64,000 bases of DNA from Eledone cirrhosa (taxonomy: Eukaryota), in contig OZ024741.1 in NCBI GenBank assembly GCA_964016885.1, positions 398,040,001-398,104,000 of the forward strand, in the 5' to 3' direction. The position numbers were made by a program, and so were the translations under genes. A model generated the notes under the pieces. That model was not told the DNA's origin. It searched no databases and saw only the letters and a program-made list of their open reading frames with translations. Shown piece by piece: positions 28,701 through 45,000 of this stretch (position 1 is the first letter of the stretch; the number at the start of each line of letters is the position of its first letter).

Positions 28701-31700
28701 CCTCTCACAACCTATTACTTTACAGTTACTTACCCTGTCACAACCTATTACTTTACAGTTACTTCCCCTGTCACTTCTACTCTCCTCTCACAACCTATTA
28801 CTTTACAGTTACTTACCCTGTCACAACCTATTACATTACAGTTACTTCCCCTGTCACTTCTACTCTCCTCTCACAACCTATTACTTTACAGTTACTTACC
28901 CTGTCACAACCTATTACTTTACAGTTACTTACCCTCTCACAACCTATTACATTACAGTTACTTACCCTGTCACTTCTACTCTCTTCTCACAACCTATTAC
29001 TTTACAGTTACTTCCCCTGTCACAACCTATTACTTTACAGTTACTTCCCCTGTCACAACCTATTACATTACAGTTACTTCCCCTGTCACTTCTACTCTCC
29101 TCTCACAACCTATTACTTTACAATTACTTACCCTGTCACAACCTATTACATTACAGTTACTTCCCCTGTCACTTCTACTCTCCTCTCACAACCTATTACA
29201 TTACAGTTACTTACCCTCTCACAACCTATTACATTACAGTTACTTCCCCTGTCACTTCTACTCTCCTCTCACAACCTATTACTTTACAGTTACTTCCCCT
29301 GTCACAACCTATTACATTACAGTTACTTCCCCTGTCACTTCTACTCTCCTCTCACAACCTAATACATTACAGTTACTTCCCCTGTCACAACCTATTACAT
29401 TATAGTTACTTCCCCTGTCACTTCTACTCTCCTCTCACAACCTATTACTTTACAGTTACTTACCCTGTCACAACCTATTACATTACAGTTACTTCCCCTG
29501 TCACTTCTACTCTCCTCTCACAACCTATTACATTACAGTTACTTCCCCTGTCACAACCTATTACATTACAGTTACTTCCCCTGTCACTTCTACTCTCCTC
29601 TCACAACCTATTACATTACAGTTACTTACCCTCTCACAACTTATTACTTTACAGTTACTTCCCCTGTCACTTCTACTCTCCTCTCACAACCTAATACATT
29701 ACAGTTACTTCCCCTGTCACAACCTATTACATTATAGTTACTTCCCCTGTCACTTCTACTCTCCTCTCACAACCTATTACTTTACAGTTACTTACCCTGT
29801 CACAGCCTATTACATTACAGTTACTTACCCTGTCACAACCTATTACATTACAGTTACTTCCCCTGTCACTTCTACTCTCCTCTCACAACCTATTACATTA
29901 CAGTTACTTCCCCTGTCACTTCTACTCTCCTCTCACAACCTATTACTTTACAGTTACTTCCCCTGTCACTTCTACTCTCCTCTCACAACCTATTACTTTA
30001 CAGTTACTTCCCCTGTCACTTCTACTCTCCTCTCACAACCTATTACTTTACAGTTACTTACCCTGTCACAGCCTATTACATTACAGTTACTTACCCTGTC
30101 ACAACCTATTACATTACAGTTACTTCCCCTGTCACTTCTACTCTCCTCTCACAACCTATTACTTTACAGTTACTTCCCCTGTCACTTCTACTCTCCTCTC
30201 ACAACCTATTACTTTACAGTTACTTACCCTGTCACAGCCTATTACATTACAGTTACTTACCCTGTCACAACCTATTACATTACAGTTACTTCCCCTGTCA
30301 CTTCTACTCTCCTCTCATAACCTATTACTTTACAGTTACTTCCCCTGTCACTTGTACTCTCCTCTCACAACCTATTTCTTTACAGTTACTTACCCTGTCA
30401 CAGCCTATTACATTACAGTTACTTACCCTGTCACAACCTATTACATTACAGTTACTTCCCCTGTCACTTCTACTCTCCTCTCACAACCTATTACATTACA
30501 GTTACTTCCCCTGTCACTTCTACTTTCCTCTCACAACCTATTACTTTACAGTTACTTCCCCTGTCACTTCTACTCTCCTCTCACAACCTATTACTTTACA
30601 GTTACTTACCCTGTCACAGCCTATTACATTACAGTTACTTACCCTGTCACAACCTATTACATTACAGTTACTTCCCCTGTCACTTCTACTCTCCTCTCAC
30701 AACCTATTAATTTACAGTTACTTCCCCTGTCACTTCTACTCTCCTCTCACAACCTATTACTTTAGAGTTACTTACCCTGTAACAGCCTATTACATTACAG
30801 TTACTTACCCTGTCACAACCTATTACATTACAGTTACTTCCCCTGTCACTTCTACTCTCCTCTCACAACCTATTACTTTACAGTTACTTACCTTGTCACA
30901 GCCTATTACATTACAGTTACTTACCCTGTCACAACCTATTACATTACAGTTACTTACCCTGTCACAACCTATTACATTACAGTTACTTCCCCTGTCACTT
31001 CTACTCTCCTCTCACAACCTATTACTTTACAGTTACTTACCCTGTCACAGCCTATTACATTACAGTTACTTACCCTGTCACAACCTATTACATTACAGTT
31101 ACTTCCCCTGTCACTTCTACTCTCCTCTCACAACCTATTACTTTACAGTTACTTACCCTGTCACAGCCTATTACATTACAGTTACTTACCCTGTCACAAC
31201 CTATTACATTATAGTTACTTCCCCTGTCACTTCTACTCTCCTCTCACAACCTATTACTTTACAGTTACTTACCCTGTCACAGCCTATTATATTACAGTTA
31301 CTTAACCTGTCACAACCTATTACGTTACAGTTACTTCCCCTGTCACTTCTACTCTCATCTCACAACCTATTACATTACAGTTACTTCCCCTGTCACTTCT
31401 ACTCTCCTCTCACAACCTATTACTTTACAGTTACTTCCCCTGTCACTTCTACTCTCCTCTCACAACCTATTACTTTACAGTTACTTACCCTGTCACAGCC
31501 TATTACATTACAGTTACTTACCCTGTCACAGCCTATTACATTACAGTTACTTACCCTGTCACAACCTATTACATTACAGTTACTTCCCCTGTCACTTCTA
31601 CTCTCCTCTCACAGCCTATTACTTTACAGTTACTTCCCCTGTCACTTCTAATCTCCTCTCACGACCTATTACTTTACAGTTACTTACCCTGTCACAGCCT

Positions 31701-34700
31701 ATTACATTACAGTTACTTACCCTGTCACAACCTATTACATTACAGTTACTTCCCCTGTCACTTCTACTCTCCTCTCACATCCTATTACTTTACAGTCACT
31801 TCCTCTGTCACTTCTACTCTCCTCTCACAACCTATTACTTTACAGTTACTTACCCTGTCACAGCCTATTACATTACAGTTACTTACCCTGTTACAACCTA
31901 TTAGATTACAGTTACTTCCTCTGTCACTTCTACTCTCCTCTCACAACCTATTACTTTACAGTTACTTACCCTGTCACAACCTATTACTTTACAGTTACTT
32001 CCCCTGTCACTTCTACTCTCCTCTCACAACCTATTACTTTACAGTTACTTACCCTGTCACAACCTATTACATTACAGTTACTTCCCCTGTCACTTTACAG
32101 TTACTTCTCCTCTCACAATCTATTACTTTACAGTTACTTACCCTGTTACAACCTATTACATTACAGTTACTTCCCCTGTCACTTCTACTCTCCTCTCACA
32201 ACCTATTACATTACAGTTACTTACCCTGTCACAGCCTATTACATTACAGTTACTTCCCCTGTCACTTCTACTTTCCTCTCACAACCTATTACTTTACAGT
32301 TACTTCCCCTGTCACTTCTACTCTCCTCTCACAACCTATTACTTTACAGTTACTTCCCCTGTCACTTCTACTTTCCTCTCACAACCTATTACTTTACAGT
32401 TACTTCCCCTGTCACTTCTACTTTCCTCTCACAACCTATTACTTTACAGTTACTTCCCCTGTCACTTCTACTCTCCTCTCACAACCTATTACTTTACAGT
32501 TACTTACCCTGTCACAGCCTATTACATTACAGTTACTTACCCTGTCACAACCTATTACATTACAGTTACTTCCCCTGTCACTTCTACTCTCCTCTCACAA
32601 CCTATTACTTTACAGTTACTTACCCTGTCACAACCTATTACTTTACAGTTACTTCCCCTGTCACTTCCTATTACATTACAGTTACTTACCCTGTCACAAC
32701 CTATTACTTTACAGTTACTTCCCCTGTCACTTCTACTCTCCTCTCACAACCTATTACTTTACAGTTACTTACCCTATCACAACCTATTACATTACAGTTA
32801 CTTCCCCTGTCACTTCTACTCTCCTCTCACAACCTATTACTTTACAGTTACTTCCCCTGTCACATCTACTCTCCTCTCACAACCTATTACTTTACAGTTA
32901 CTTACCCTGTCACAGCCTATTACATTACAGTTACTTACCCTGTCACAAACTATTACATTACAGTTACTTCCACTGTCACTTCTACTCTCCTCTCACAACC
33001 TATTACTTTACAGTTACTTCCCCTGTCACTTCTACTCTCGTCTCACAACCTATTACTTTACAGTTACTTACCCTGTCACAGCCTATTACATTACAGTTAC
33101 TTACCCTGTCACAACCTATTACATTACAGTTACTTCCCCTGTCACTTCTACTCTCATCTCACAACCTATTACTTTACAGTTACTTCCCCTGCCACTTCTA
33201 CTCTCCTCTCACAACCTATTACATTACAGTTACTTCCCCTGTCACTTCTACTCTCCTCTCACAACCTATTACATTACAGTTACTTACCCTGTCACAACCT
33301 ATTACATTACAGTTACTTACCCTGTCACAACCTATTACATTACAGTTACTTCCCCTGTCACTTCTACTCTCCTCTCACAACCTATTACTTTACAGTTACT
33401 TCCCCTGTCACTTCTACTCTCCTCTCACAACCTATTACTTTACAGTTACTTACCCTGTCACAGCCTATTACATTACAGTTACTTACCCTGTCACAACCTA
33501 TTACATTACAGTTACTTCCCCTGTCACTTCTACTCTCCTCTCACAACCTATTACTTTACAGTTACTTCCCCTGCCACTTCTACTCTCCTCTCACAACCTA
33601 TTACTTTACAGTTACTTACCCTGTCACAGCCTATTACATTACAGTTACATACCCTGTCACAACCTATTACATTACAGTTACTTCCCCTGTCATTTCTACT
33701 CTCCTCTCACAACCTATTACTTTACAGTTACTTCCCCTGTCACTTCTAATCTCCTCTCACAACCTATTACTTTACAGTTACTTACCCTGTCACAGCCTAT
33801 TACATTACAGTTACTTACCCTGTCACAACCTATTACATTACAGTTACTTCCCCTGTCACTTCTACTCTCCTCTCACAACCTATTACTTTACAGTTACTTC
33901 CTCTGTCACTTCTACTCTCCTCTCACAACCTATTACTTTACAGTTACTTACCCTGTCACAGCCTATTACATTACAGTTACTTACCCTGTCACAACCTATT
34001 ACATTACAGTTACTTCCCCTGTCACTTCTACTCTCCTCTCACAACCTATTACTTTACAGTTACTTCCTCTATCACTTCTACTCTCCTCTCACAACCTATT
34101 ACTTTACAGTTACTTACCCTGTCACAACCTATTACTTTACAGTTACTTCCCCTGTCACTTCTACTCTCCTCTCACAACCTATTACTTTACAGTTACTTAC
34201 CCTGTCACAACCTATTACATTACAGTTACTTCCCCTGTCACTTCTACTCTCCTCTCACAACCTATTACTTTACAGTTACTTACCCTGTTACAACCTATTA
34301 CATTACAGTTACTTCCCTTGTCACTTCTACTCTCCTCTCACAACCTATTACTTTACAGTTACTTCCCCTGTCACTTCTACTCTCCTCTCACAACCTATTA
34401 ATTTACAGTTACTTACCCTGTCACAACCTATTACATTACAGTTACTTCCCCTGTCACTTCTACTCTCCTCTCACAACCTATTACATTACAGTTACTTACC
34501 CTGTCACAGCCTATTACATTACAGTTACTTCCCCTGTCACTTCTACTCTCCTCTCACAACCTATTACTTTACAGTTACTTCCCCTGTCACTTCTACTCTC
34601 CTCTCACAACCTATTACTTTACAGTTACTTACCCTGTCACAAACTATTACATTGCAGTTACTTCCCCTGTCACTTCTACTCTCCTCTCACAACCTATTAC

Positions 34701-37700
34701 TTTACAGTTACTTCCCCTGTCACTTCTACTCTCCTCTCACAACCTATTACTTTACAGTTACTTACCCTGTCACAGCCTATTACATTACAGTTACTTACCC
34801 TGTCACAACCTATTACATTACAGTTACTTCCCCTGTCACTTCTACTCTCCTCTCACAACCTATTACTTTACAGTTACTTCCCCTGTCACTTCTACTCTCC
34901 TCTCACAACCTATTACTTTAGAGTTACTTACCCTGTCACAGCCTATTACATTACAGTTAATTACCCTGTCACAACCTATTACTTTACAGTTACTTCCCCT
35001 GTCACTTCTACTCTCCTCTCACAACCTATTACTTTACAGTTACTTACCCTGTCACAACCTATTACATTACAGTCACTTCCCCTGTCACTTCTACTCTCCT
35101 CTCACAACATATTACTTTACAGTTACTTACCCTGTCACAACCTATTACATTACAGTTACTTCCCCTGTCACTTCTACTCTCCTCTCACAACCTATTACTT
35201 TACAGTTACTTACCCTGTCACAACCTATTACTTTACAGTTACTTCCCCTGTCACTTCTACTCTCCTCTCACAACCTATTACTTTACAGTTACTTACCCTG
35301 TCACAACCTATTACATTACAGTTACTTCCCTGTCACTTCTACTCTCCTCTCACAACCTATTACTTTACAGTTACTTACCCGGTCACAACCTATTACATTA
35401 CAGTTACTTCCCCTGTCACTTCTACTCTCCTCTCACAACCTATTACTTTAGAGTTACTTACCCTGTCACAACCTATTACATTACAGTTACTACCCCTGTC
35501 ACTTCTACTCTCCTCTCACAACCTATTACTTTACAGTTACTTACCCTGTCACAACCTATTACTTTACAGTTACTTCCCCTGTCATTTCTACTCTCCTCTC
35601 ACAACCTATTACTTTACAGTTACTTACCCTGTCACAACCTATTACATTACAGTTACTTCCCCTGTCACTTCTACTCTCCTCTCACAACCTATTACTTTAC
35701 AGTTACTTACCCTGTCACAACCTATTACTTTACAGTTACTTACCCTCTCACAACCTATTACATTACAGTTACTTACCCTGTCACTTCTACTCTCCTCTCA
35801 CAACCTATTACATTACAGTTACTTCCCCTGTCACTTCTACTTTCCTCTCACAACCTATTACTTTACAGTTACTTCCCCTGTCACTTCTACTCTCCTCTCA
35901 CAACCTATTACTTTACAGTTACTTACCCTGTCACAGCCTATTACATTACAGTTACTTACCCTGTCACAACCTATTACATTACAGTTACTTCCCCTGTCAC
36001 TTCTACTCTCCTCTCACAACCTATTACTTTACAGTTACTTCCCCTGTCACTTCTACTCTCCTCTCACAACCTATTACTTTACAGTTACTTACCCTGTCAC
36101 AGCCTATTACATTACAGTTACTTACCCTGTCACAACCTATTACATTACAGTTACTTACCCTGTCACAACCTATTACATTACAGTTACTTCCCCTGTCACT
36201 TCTACTCTCCTCTCACAACCTATTACATTACAGTTACTTACCCTGTCACAACCTATTACATTACAGTTACTTCCCCTGTCACTTCTACTCTCCTCTCACA
36301 ACCTATTACTTTACAGTTACTTACCATGTCACAGCCTATTACATTACAGTTACTTACCCTGTCACAACCTATTACATTACAGTTACTTCCCCTGTCACTT
36401 CTACTCTCCTCTCACAACCTATTACTTTACAGTTACTTCCCCTGTCACTTCTACTCTCCTCTCACAACCTATTACTTTACAGTTACTTACCCTGTCACAG
36501 CCTATTACATTACAGTTACTTACCCTGTCACAACCTATTACATTACAGTTACTTCCCCTGTCACTTCTACTCTCCTCTCACAACCTATTACTTTACAGTT
36601 ACTTCCCCTGCCACTTCTACTCTCCTCTCACAACCTATTACTTTACAGTTACTTCCCCTGTCACTTCTACTCTCCTCTCACAACCTATTACATTACAGTT
36701 ACTTACCCTGTCACAACCTATTACATTACAGTTACTTCCCCTGTCACTTCTACTCTCCTCTCACAACCTATTACTTTACAGTTACTTCCCCTGTCACTTC
36801 TACTCTCCTCTCACAACCTATTACTTTACAGTTACTTACCCTGTCACAGCCTATTACATTACAGTTACTTACCCTGTCACAACCTATTACATTACAGTTA
36901 CTTCCCCTGTCACTTCTACTCTCCTCTCACAACCTATTACTTTACAGTTACTTCCCCTGTCACTTCTACTCTCCTCTCACAACCTATTACTTTACAGTTA
37001 CTTCCCCTGCCACTTCTACTCTCCTCTCACAACCTATTACATTACAGTTACTTCCCCTGTCACTTCTACTCTCCTCTCACAACCTATTACATTACAGTTA
37101 CTTACCCTGTCACAACCTATTACATTACAGTTACTTACCCTGTCACAACCTATTACATTACAGTTACTTCCCCTGTCACTTCTACTCTCCTCTCACAACC
37201 TATTACTTTACAGTTACTTCCCCTGTCACTTCTACTCTCCTCTCACAACCTATTACTTTACAGTTACTTACCCTGTCACAGCCTATTACATTACAGTTAC
37301 TTACCCTGTCACAACCTATTACATTACAGTTACTTCCCCTGTCACTTCTACTCTCCTCTCACAACCTATTACTTTACAGTTACTTCCCCTGCCACTTCTA
37401 CTCTCCTCTCACAACCTATTACTTTACAGTTACTTACCCTGTCACAGCCTATTACATTACAGTTACATACCCTGTCACAACCTATTACATTACAGTTACT
37501 TCCCCTGTCATTTCTACTCTCCTCTCACAACCTATTACTTTACAGTTACTTCCCCTGTCACTTCTAATCTCCTCTCACAACCTATTACTTTACAGTTACT
37601 TACCCTGTCACAGCCTATTACATTACAGTTACTTACCCTGTCACAACCTATTACATTACAGTTACTTCCTCTGTCACTTCTACTCTCCTCTCACAACCTA

Positions 37701-40700
37701 TTACTTTACAGTTACTTCCTCTGTCACTTCTACTCTCCTCTCACAACCTATTACTTTACAGTTACTTACCCTGTCACAGCCTATTACATTACAGTTACTT
37801 ACCCTGTCACAACCTATTACATTACAGTTACTTCCCCTGTCACTTCTACTCTCCTCTCACAACCTATTACTTTACAGTTACTTCCTCTATCACTTCTACT
37901 CTCCTCTCACAACCTATTACTTTACAGTTACTTACCCTGTCACAACCTATTACTTTACAGTTACTTCCCCTGTCACTTCTACTCTCCTCTCACAACCTAT
38001 TACTTTACAGTTACTTACCCTGTCACAACCTATTACATTACAGTTACTTCCCCTGTCACTTCTACTCTCCTCTCACAACCTATTACTTTACAGTTACTTA
38101 CCCTGTTACAACCTATTACATTACAGTTACTTCCCTTGTCACTTCTACTCTCCTCTCACAACCTATTACTTTACAGTTACTTCCCCTGTCACTTCTACTC
38201 TCCTCTCACAACCTATTAATTTACAGTTACTTACCCTGTCACAACCTATTACATTACAGTTACTTCCCCTGTCACTTCTACTCTCCTCTCACAACCTATT
38301 ACATTACAGTTACTTACCCTGTCACAGCCTATTACATTACAGTTACTTCCCCTGTCACTTCTACTCTCCTCTCACAACCTATTACTTTACAGTTACTTCC
38401 CCTGTCACTTCTACTCTCCTCTCACAACCTATTACTTTACAGTTACTTACCCTGTCACAAACTATTACATTGCAGTTACTTCCCCTGTCACTTCTACTCT
38501 CCTCTCACAACCTATTACTTTACAGTTACTTCCCCTGTCACTTCTACTCTCCTCTCACAACCTATTACTTTACAGTTACTTACCCTGTCACAGCCTATTA
38601 CATTACAGTTACTTACCCTGTCACAACCTATTACATTACAGTTACTTCCCCTGTCACTTCTACTCTCCTCTCACAACCTATTACTTTACAGTTACTTCCC
38701 CTGTCACTTCTACTCTCCTCTCACAACCTATTACTTTAGAGTTACTTACCCTGTCACAGCCTATTACATTACAGTTAATTACCCTGTCACAACCTATTAC
38801 TTTACAGTTACTTCCCCTGTCACTTCTACTCTCCTCTCACAACCTATTACTTTACAGTTACTTACCCTGTCACAACCTATTACATTACAGTCACTTCCCC
38901 TGTCACTTCTACTCTCCTCTCACAACATATTACTTTACAGTTACTTACCCTGTCACAACCTATTACATTACAGTTACTTCCCCTGTCACTTCTACTCTCC
39001 TCTCACAACCTATTACTTTACAGTTACTTACCCTGTCACAACCTATTACTTTACAGTTACTTCCCCTGTCACTTCTACTCTCCTCTCACAACCTATTACT
39101 TTACAGTTACTTACCCTGTCACAACCTATTACATTACAGTTACTTCCCTGTCACTTCTACTCTCCTCTCACAACCTATTACTTTACAGTTACTTACCCGG
39201 TCACAACCTATTACATTACAGTTACTTCCCCTGTCACTTCTACTCTCCTCTCACAACCTATTACTTTAGAGTTACTTACCCTGTCACAACCTATTACATT
39301 ACAGTTACTACCCCTGTCACTTCTACTCTCCTCTCACAACCTATTACTTTACAGTTACTTACCCTGTCACAACCTATTACTTTACAGTTACTTCCCCTGT
39401 CATTTCTACTCTCCTCTCACAACCTATTACTTTACAGTTACTTACCCTGTCACAACCTATTACATTACAGTTACTTCCCCTGTCACTTCTACTCTCCTCT
39501 CACAACCTATTACTTTACAGTTACTTACCCTGTCACAACCTATTACTTTACAGTTACTTACCCTCTCACAACCTATTACATTACAGTTACTTACCCTGTC
39601 ACTTCTACTCTCCTCTCACAACCTATTACATTACAGTTACTTCCCCTGTCACTTCTACTTTCCTCTCACAACCTATTACTTTACAGTTACTTCCCCTGTC
39701 ACTTCTACTCTCCTCTCACAACCTATTACTTTACAGTTACTTACCCTGTCACAGCCTATTACATTACAGTTACTTACCCTGTCACAACCTATTACATTAC
39801 AGTTACTTCCCCTGTCACTTCTACTCTCCTCTCACAACCTATTACTTTACAGTTACTTCCCCTGTCACTTCTACTCTCCTCTCACAACCTATTACTTTAC
39901 AGTTACTTACCCTGTCACAGCCTATTACATTACAGTTACTTACCCTGTCACAACCTATTACATTACAGTTACTTCCCCTGTCACTTCTACTCTCCTCTCA
40001 CAACCTATTACATTACAGTTACTTACCCTGTCACAACCTATTACATTACAGTTACTTACCCTGTCACAACCTATTACATTACAGTTACTTCCCCTGTCAC
40101 TTCTACTCTCCTCTCACAACCTATTACTTTACAGTTACTTACCATGTCACAGCCTATTACATTACAGTTACTTACCCTGTCACAACCTATTACATTACAG
40201 TTACTTCCCCTGTCACTTCTACTCTCCTCTCACAACCTATTACTTTACAGTTACTTCCCCTGTCACTTCTACTCTCCTCTCACAACCTATTACTTTACAG
40301 TTACTTACCCTGTCACAGCCTATTACATTACAGTTACTTACCCTGTCACAACCTATTACATTACAGTTACTTCCCCTGTCACTTCTACTCTCCTCTCACA
40401 ACCTATTACTTTACAGTTACTTCCCCTGCCACTTCTACTCTCCTCTCACAACCTATTACTTTACAGTTACTTACCCTGTCACAGCCTATTACATTACAGT
40501 TACATACCCTGTCACAACCTATTACATTACAGTTACTTCCCCTGTCATTTCTACTCTCCTCTCACAACCTATTACTTTACAGTTACTTCCCCTGTCACTT
40601 CTAATCTCCTCTCACAACCTATTACTTTACAGTTACTTACCCTGTCACAGCCTATTACATTACAGTTACTTACCCTGTCACAACCTATTACATTACAGTT

Positions 40701-42000
40701 ACTTCCCCTGTCACTTCTACTCTCCTCTCACAACCTATTACTTTACAGTTACTTCCTCTGTCACTTCTACTCTCCTCTCACAACCTATTACTTTACAGTT
40801 ACTTACCCTGTCACAGCCTATTACATTACAGTTACTTACCCTGTCACAACCTATTACATTACAGTTACTTCCCCTGTCACTTCTACTCTCCTCTCACAAC
40901 CTATTACTTTACAGTTACTTCCTCTATCACTTCTACTCTCCTCTCACAACCTATTACTTTACAGTTACTTACCCTGTCACAACCTATTACTTTACAGTTA
41001 CTTCCCCTGTCACTTCTACTCTCCTCTCACAACCTATTACTTTACAGTTACTTACCCTGTCACAACCTATTACATTACAGTTACTTCCCCTGTCACTTCT
41101 ACTCTCCTCTCACAACCTATTACTTTACAGTTACTTACCCTGTTACAACCTATTACATTACAGTTACTTCCCTTGTCACTTCTACTCTCCTCTCACAACC
41201 TATTACTTTACAGTTACTTCCCCTGTCACTTCTACTCTCCTCTCACAACCTATTAATTTACAGTTACTTACCCTGTCACAACCTATTACATTACAGTTAC
41301 TTCCCCTGTCACTTCTACTCTCCTCTCACAACCTATTACATTACAGTTACTTACCCTGTCACAGCCTATTACATTACAGTTACTTCCCCTGTCACTTCTA
41401 CTCTCCTCTCACAACCTATTACTTTACAGTTACTTCCCCTGTCACTTCTACTCTCCTCTCACAACCTATTACTTTACAGTTACTTACCCTGTCACAAACT
41501 ATTACATTGCAGTTACTTCCCCTGTCACTTCTACTCTCCTCTCACAACCTATTACTTTACAGTTACTTCCCCTGTCACTTCTACTCTCCTCTCACAACCT
41601 ATTACTTTACAGTTACTTACCCTGTCACAGCCTATTACATTACAGTTACTTACCCTGTCACAACCTATTACATTACAGTTACTTCCCCTGTCACTTCTAC
41701 TCTCCTCTCACAACCTATTACTTTACAGTTACTTCCCCTGTCACTTCTACTCTCCTCTCACAACCTATTACTTTAGAGTTACTTACCCTGTCACAGCCTA
41801 TTACATTACAGTTAATTACCCTGTCACAACCTATTACTTTACAGTTACTTCCCCTGTCACTTCTACTCTCCTCTCACAACCTATTACTTTACAGTTACTT
41901 ACCCTGTCACAACCTATTACATTACAGTCACTTCCCCTGTCACTTCTACTCTCCTCTCACAACATATTACTTTACAGTTACTTACCCTGTCACAACCTAT
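6700..42000. repeat. Central domain dominated by a 116/166-bp higher-order repeat (50-33-33G-50) carrying the TCACAGCC variant
   Basis: The diagnostic G falls at 9674, 9840, 10006 and 10172 (166-bp spacing). The pattern recurs throughout the domain. Boundaries are approximate. Confidence 0.85.
17800..35800. repeat. Three imperfect copies of a ~6.1-6.9-kb block
   Basis: TTACGTT (G at 18278, 24387, 31324); TTCCACTG (A at 20036, 26278, 32972); CTTGTACT (23614/30352, offset 6738); CCCGG (28570/35381). Confidence 0.8.
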
Positions 42001-45000
42001 TACATTACAGTTACTTCCCCTGTCACTTCTACTCTCCTCTCACAACCTATTACTTTACAGTTACTTACCCTGTCACAACCTATTACTTTACAGTTACTTC
42101 CCCTGTCACTTCTACTCTCCTCTCACAACCTATTACTTTACAGTTACTTACCCTGTCACAACCTATTACATTACAGTTACTTCCCTGTCACTTCTACTCT
42201 CCTCTCACAACCTATTACTTTACAGTTACTTACCCGGTCACAACCTATTACATTACAGTTACTTCCCCTGTCACTTCTACTCTCCTCTCACAACCTATTA
42301 CTTTAGAGTTACTTACCCTGTCACAACCTATTACATTACAGTTACTACCCCTGTCACTTCTACTCTCCTCTCACAACCTATTACTTTACAGTTACTTACC
42401 CTGTCACAACCTATTACTTTACAGTTACTTCCCCTGTCATTTCTACTCTCCTCTCACAACCTATTACTTTACAGTTACTTACCCTGTCACAACCTATTAC
42501 ATTACAGTTACTTCCCCTGTCACTTCTACTCTCCTCTCACAACCTATTACTTTACAGTTACTTACCCTGTCACAACCTATTACTTTACAGTTACTTACCC
42601 TCTCACAACCTATTACATTACAGTTACTTACCCTGTCACTTCTACTCTCCTCTCACAACCTATTACTTTACAGTTACTTCCCCTGTCACAACCTATTACT
42701 TTACAGTTACTTCCCCTGTCACAACCTATTACATTACAGTTACTTCCCCTGTCACTTCTACTCTCCTCTCACAACCTATTACTTTACAATTACTTACCCT
42801 GTCACAACCTATTACATTACAGTTACTTCCCCTGTCACTTCTACTCTCCTCTCACAACCTATTACATTACAGTTACTTACCCTCTCACAACCTATTACAT
42901 TACAGTTACTTCCCCTGTCACTTCTACTCTCCTCTCACAACCTATTACTTTACAGTTACTTCCCCTGTCACAACCTATTACATTACAGTTACTTCCCCTG
43001 TCACTTCTACTCTCCTCTCACAACGTAATACATTACAGTTACTTCCCCTGTCACAACCTATTACATTATAGTTACTTCCCCTGTCACTTCTACTCTCCTC
43101 TCACAACCTATTACTTTACAGTTACTTACCCTGTCACAACCTATTACATTACAGTTACTTCCCCTGTCACTGCTACTCTCCTCTCACAACCTATTACATT
43201 ACAGTTACTTCCCCTGTCACAACCTATTACATTACAGTTACTTCCCCTGTCACTTCTACTCTCCTCTCACAACCTATTACATTACAGTTACTTACCCTCT
43301 CACAACTTATTACTTTACAGTTACTTCCCCTGTCACTTCTACTCTCCTCTCACAACCTATTACATTACAGTTACTTCCCCTGTCACTTCTACTCTCCTCT
43401 CACAACCTATTACATTACAGTTACTTCCCCTGTCACTTCTACTCTCCTCTCACAACCTATTACATTACAGTTACTTCCCCTGTCACTTCTACTCTCCTCT
43501 CACAACCTATTACATTACAGTTACTTACCCTGTCACTTCTACTCTCCTTTCACAACCTATTACTTTACAGTTACTTCCCCTGTCACTTCTACTCTCCTCT
43601 CACAACCTATTACATTACAGTTACTTCCCCTGTCACTTCTACTCTCCTCTCACAACCTATTACATTACAGTTACTTCCCCTGTCACTTCTACTCTCCTCT
43701 CACAACCTATTACTTTACAGTTACTTACCCTGTCACAACCTATTACATTACAGTTACTTCCCCTGTCACTTCTACTCTCCTCTCACAACCTATTACTTTA
43801 CAGTTACTTACCCTGTCACAACCTATTACTTTACAGTTACTTACCCTGTCACAACCTATTACTTTACAGTTACTTCCCCTGTCACTTCTACTCTCCTCTC
43901 ACAACCTATTACATTACAGTTACTTACCCTGTCACAACCTATTACATTACAGTTACTTACCCTGTCACTTCTACTCTCCTCTCACAACCTATTACTTTAC
44001 AGTTACTTACCCTGTCACTTCTACTCTCCTCTCACAACCTATTACTTTACAGTTACTTCCCCTGTCACTTCTACTCTCCTCTCACAACCTATTACATTAC
44101 AGTTACTTCCCCTGTCAATTCTACTCTCCTCTCACAACCTATTACTTTACAGTTACTTCCCCTGTCACTTCTACTCTCCTCTCACAACCTATTACATTAC
44201 TGTTACTTCCGCTGTCACTTCTACTCTCCTCTCACAACCTATTACTTTACAGTTACTTCCCCTGTCACTTCTACTCTCCTCTCACAACCTATTACTTTAC
44301 AGTTACTTCCCCTGTCACTTCTACTCTCCTCTCACAACCTATTACTTTACACTTACTTACCCTGTCACTTCTACTCTCCTCTCACAACCTATTACTTTAC
44401 AGTTACTTACCCTCTCACAACCTATTACTTTACAGTTACTTCCCCTGTCACTTCTACTCTCCTCTCACAACCTATTACTTTACAGTTACTTACCCTGTCA
44501 CTTCTACTCTCCTCTCACAACCTAATACATTACAGTTACTTCCCCTGTCACTTCTACTCTCCTCTCACAACCTATTACATTACAGTTACTTCCCCTGTCA
44601 CAACCTATTACATTACAGTTACTTCCCCTGTCACTTCTACTCTCCTCTCACAACCTATTACATTACAGTTACTTACCCTCTCACAACTTATTACTTTACA
44701 GTTACTTCCCCTGTCACTTCTACTCTCCTCTCACAACCTATTACATTACAGTTACTTCCCCTGTCACTTCTACTCTCCTCTCACAACCTATTACTTTACA
44801 GTTACTTCCCCTGTCACAACCTATTACATTACAGTTACTTCCCCTGTCACTTCTACTCTCCTCTCACAACGTAATACATTACAGTTACTTCCCCTGTCAC
44901 AACCTATTACATTATAGTTACTTCCCCTGTCACTTCTACTCTCCTCTCACAACCTATTACTTTACAGTTACTTACCCTGTCACAACCTATTACATTACAG

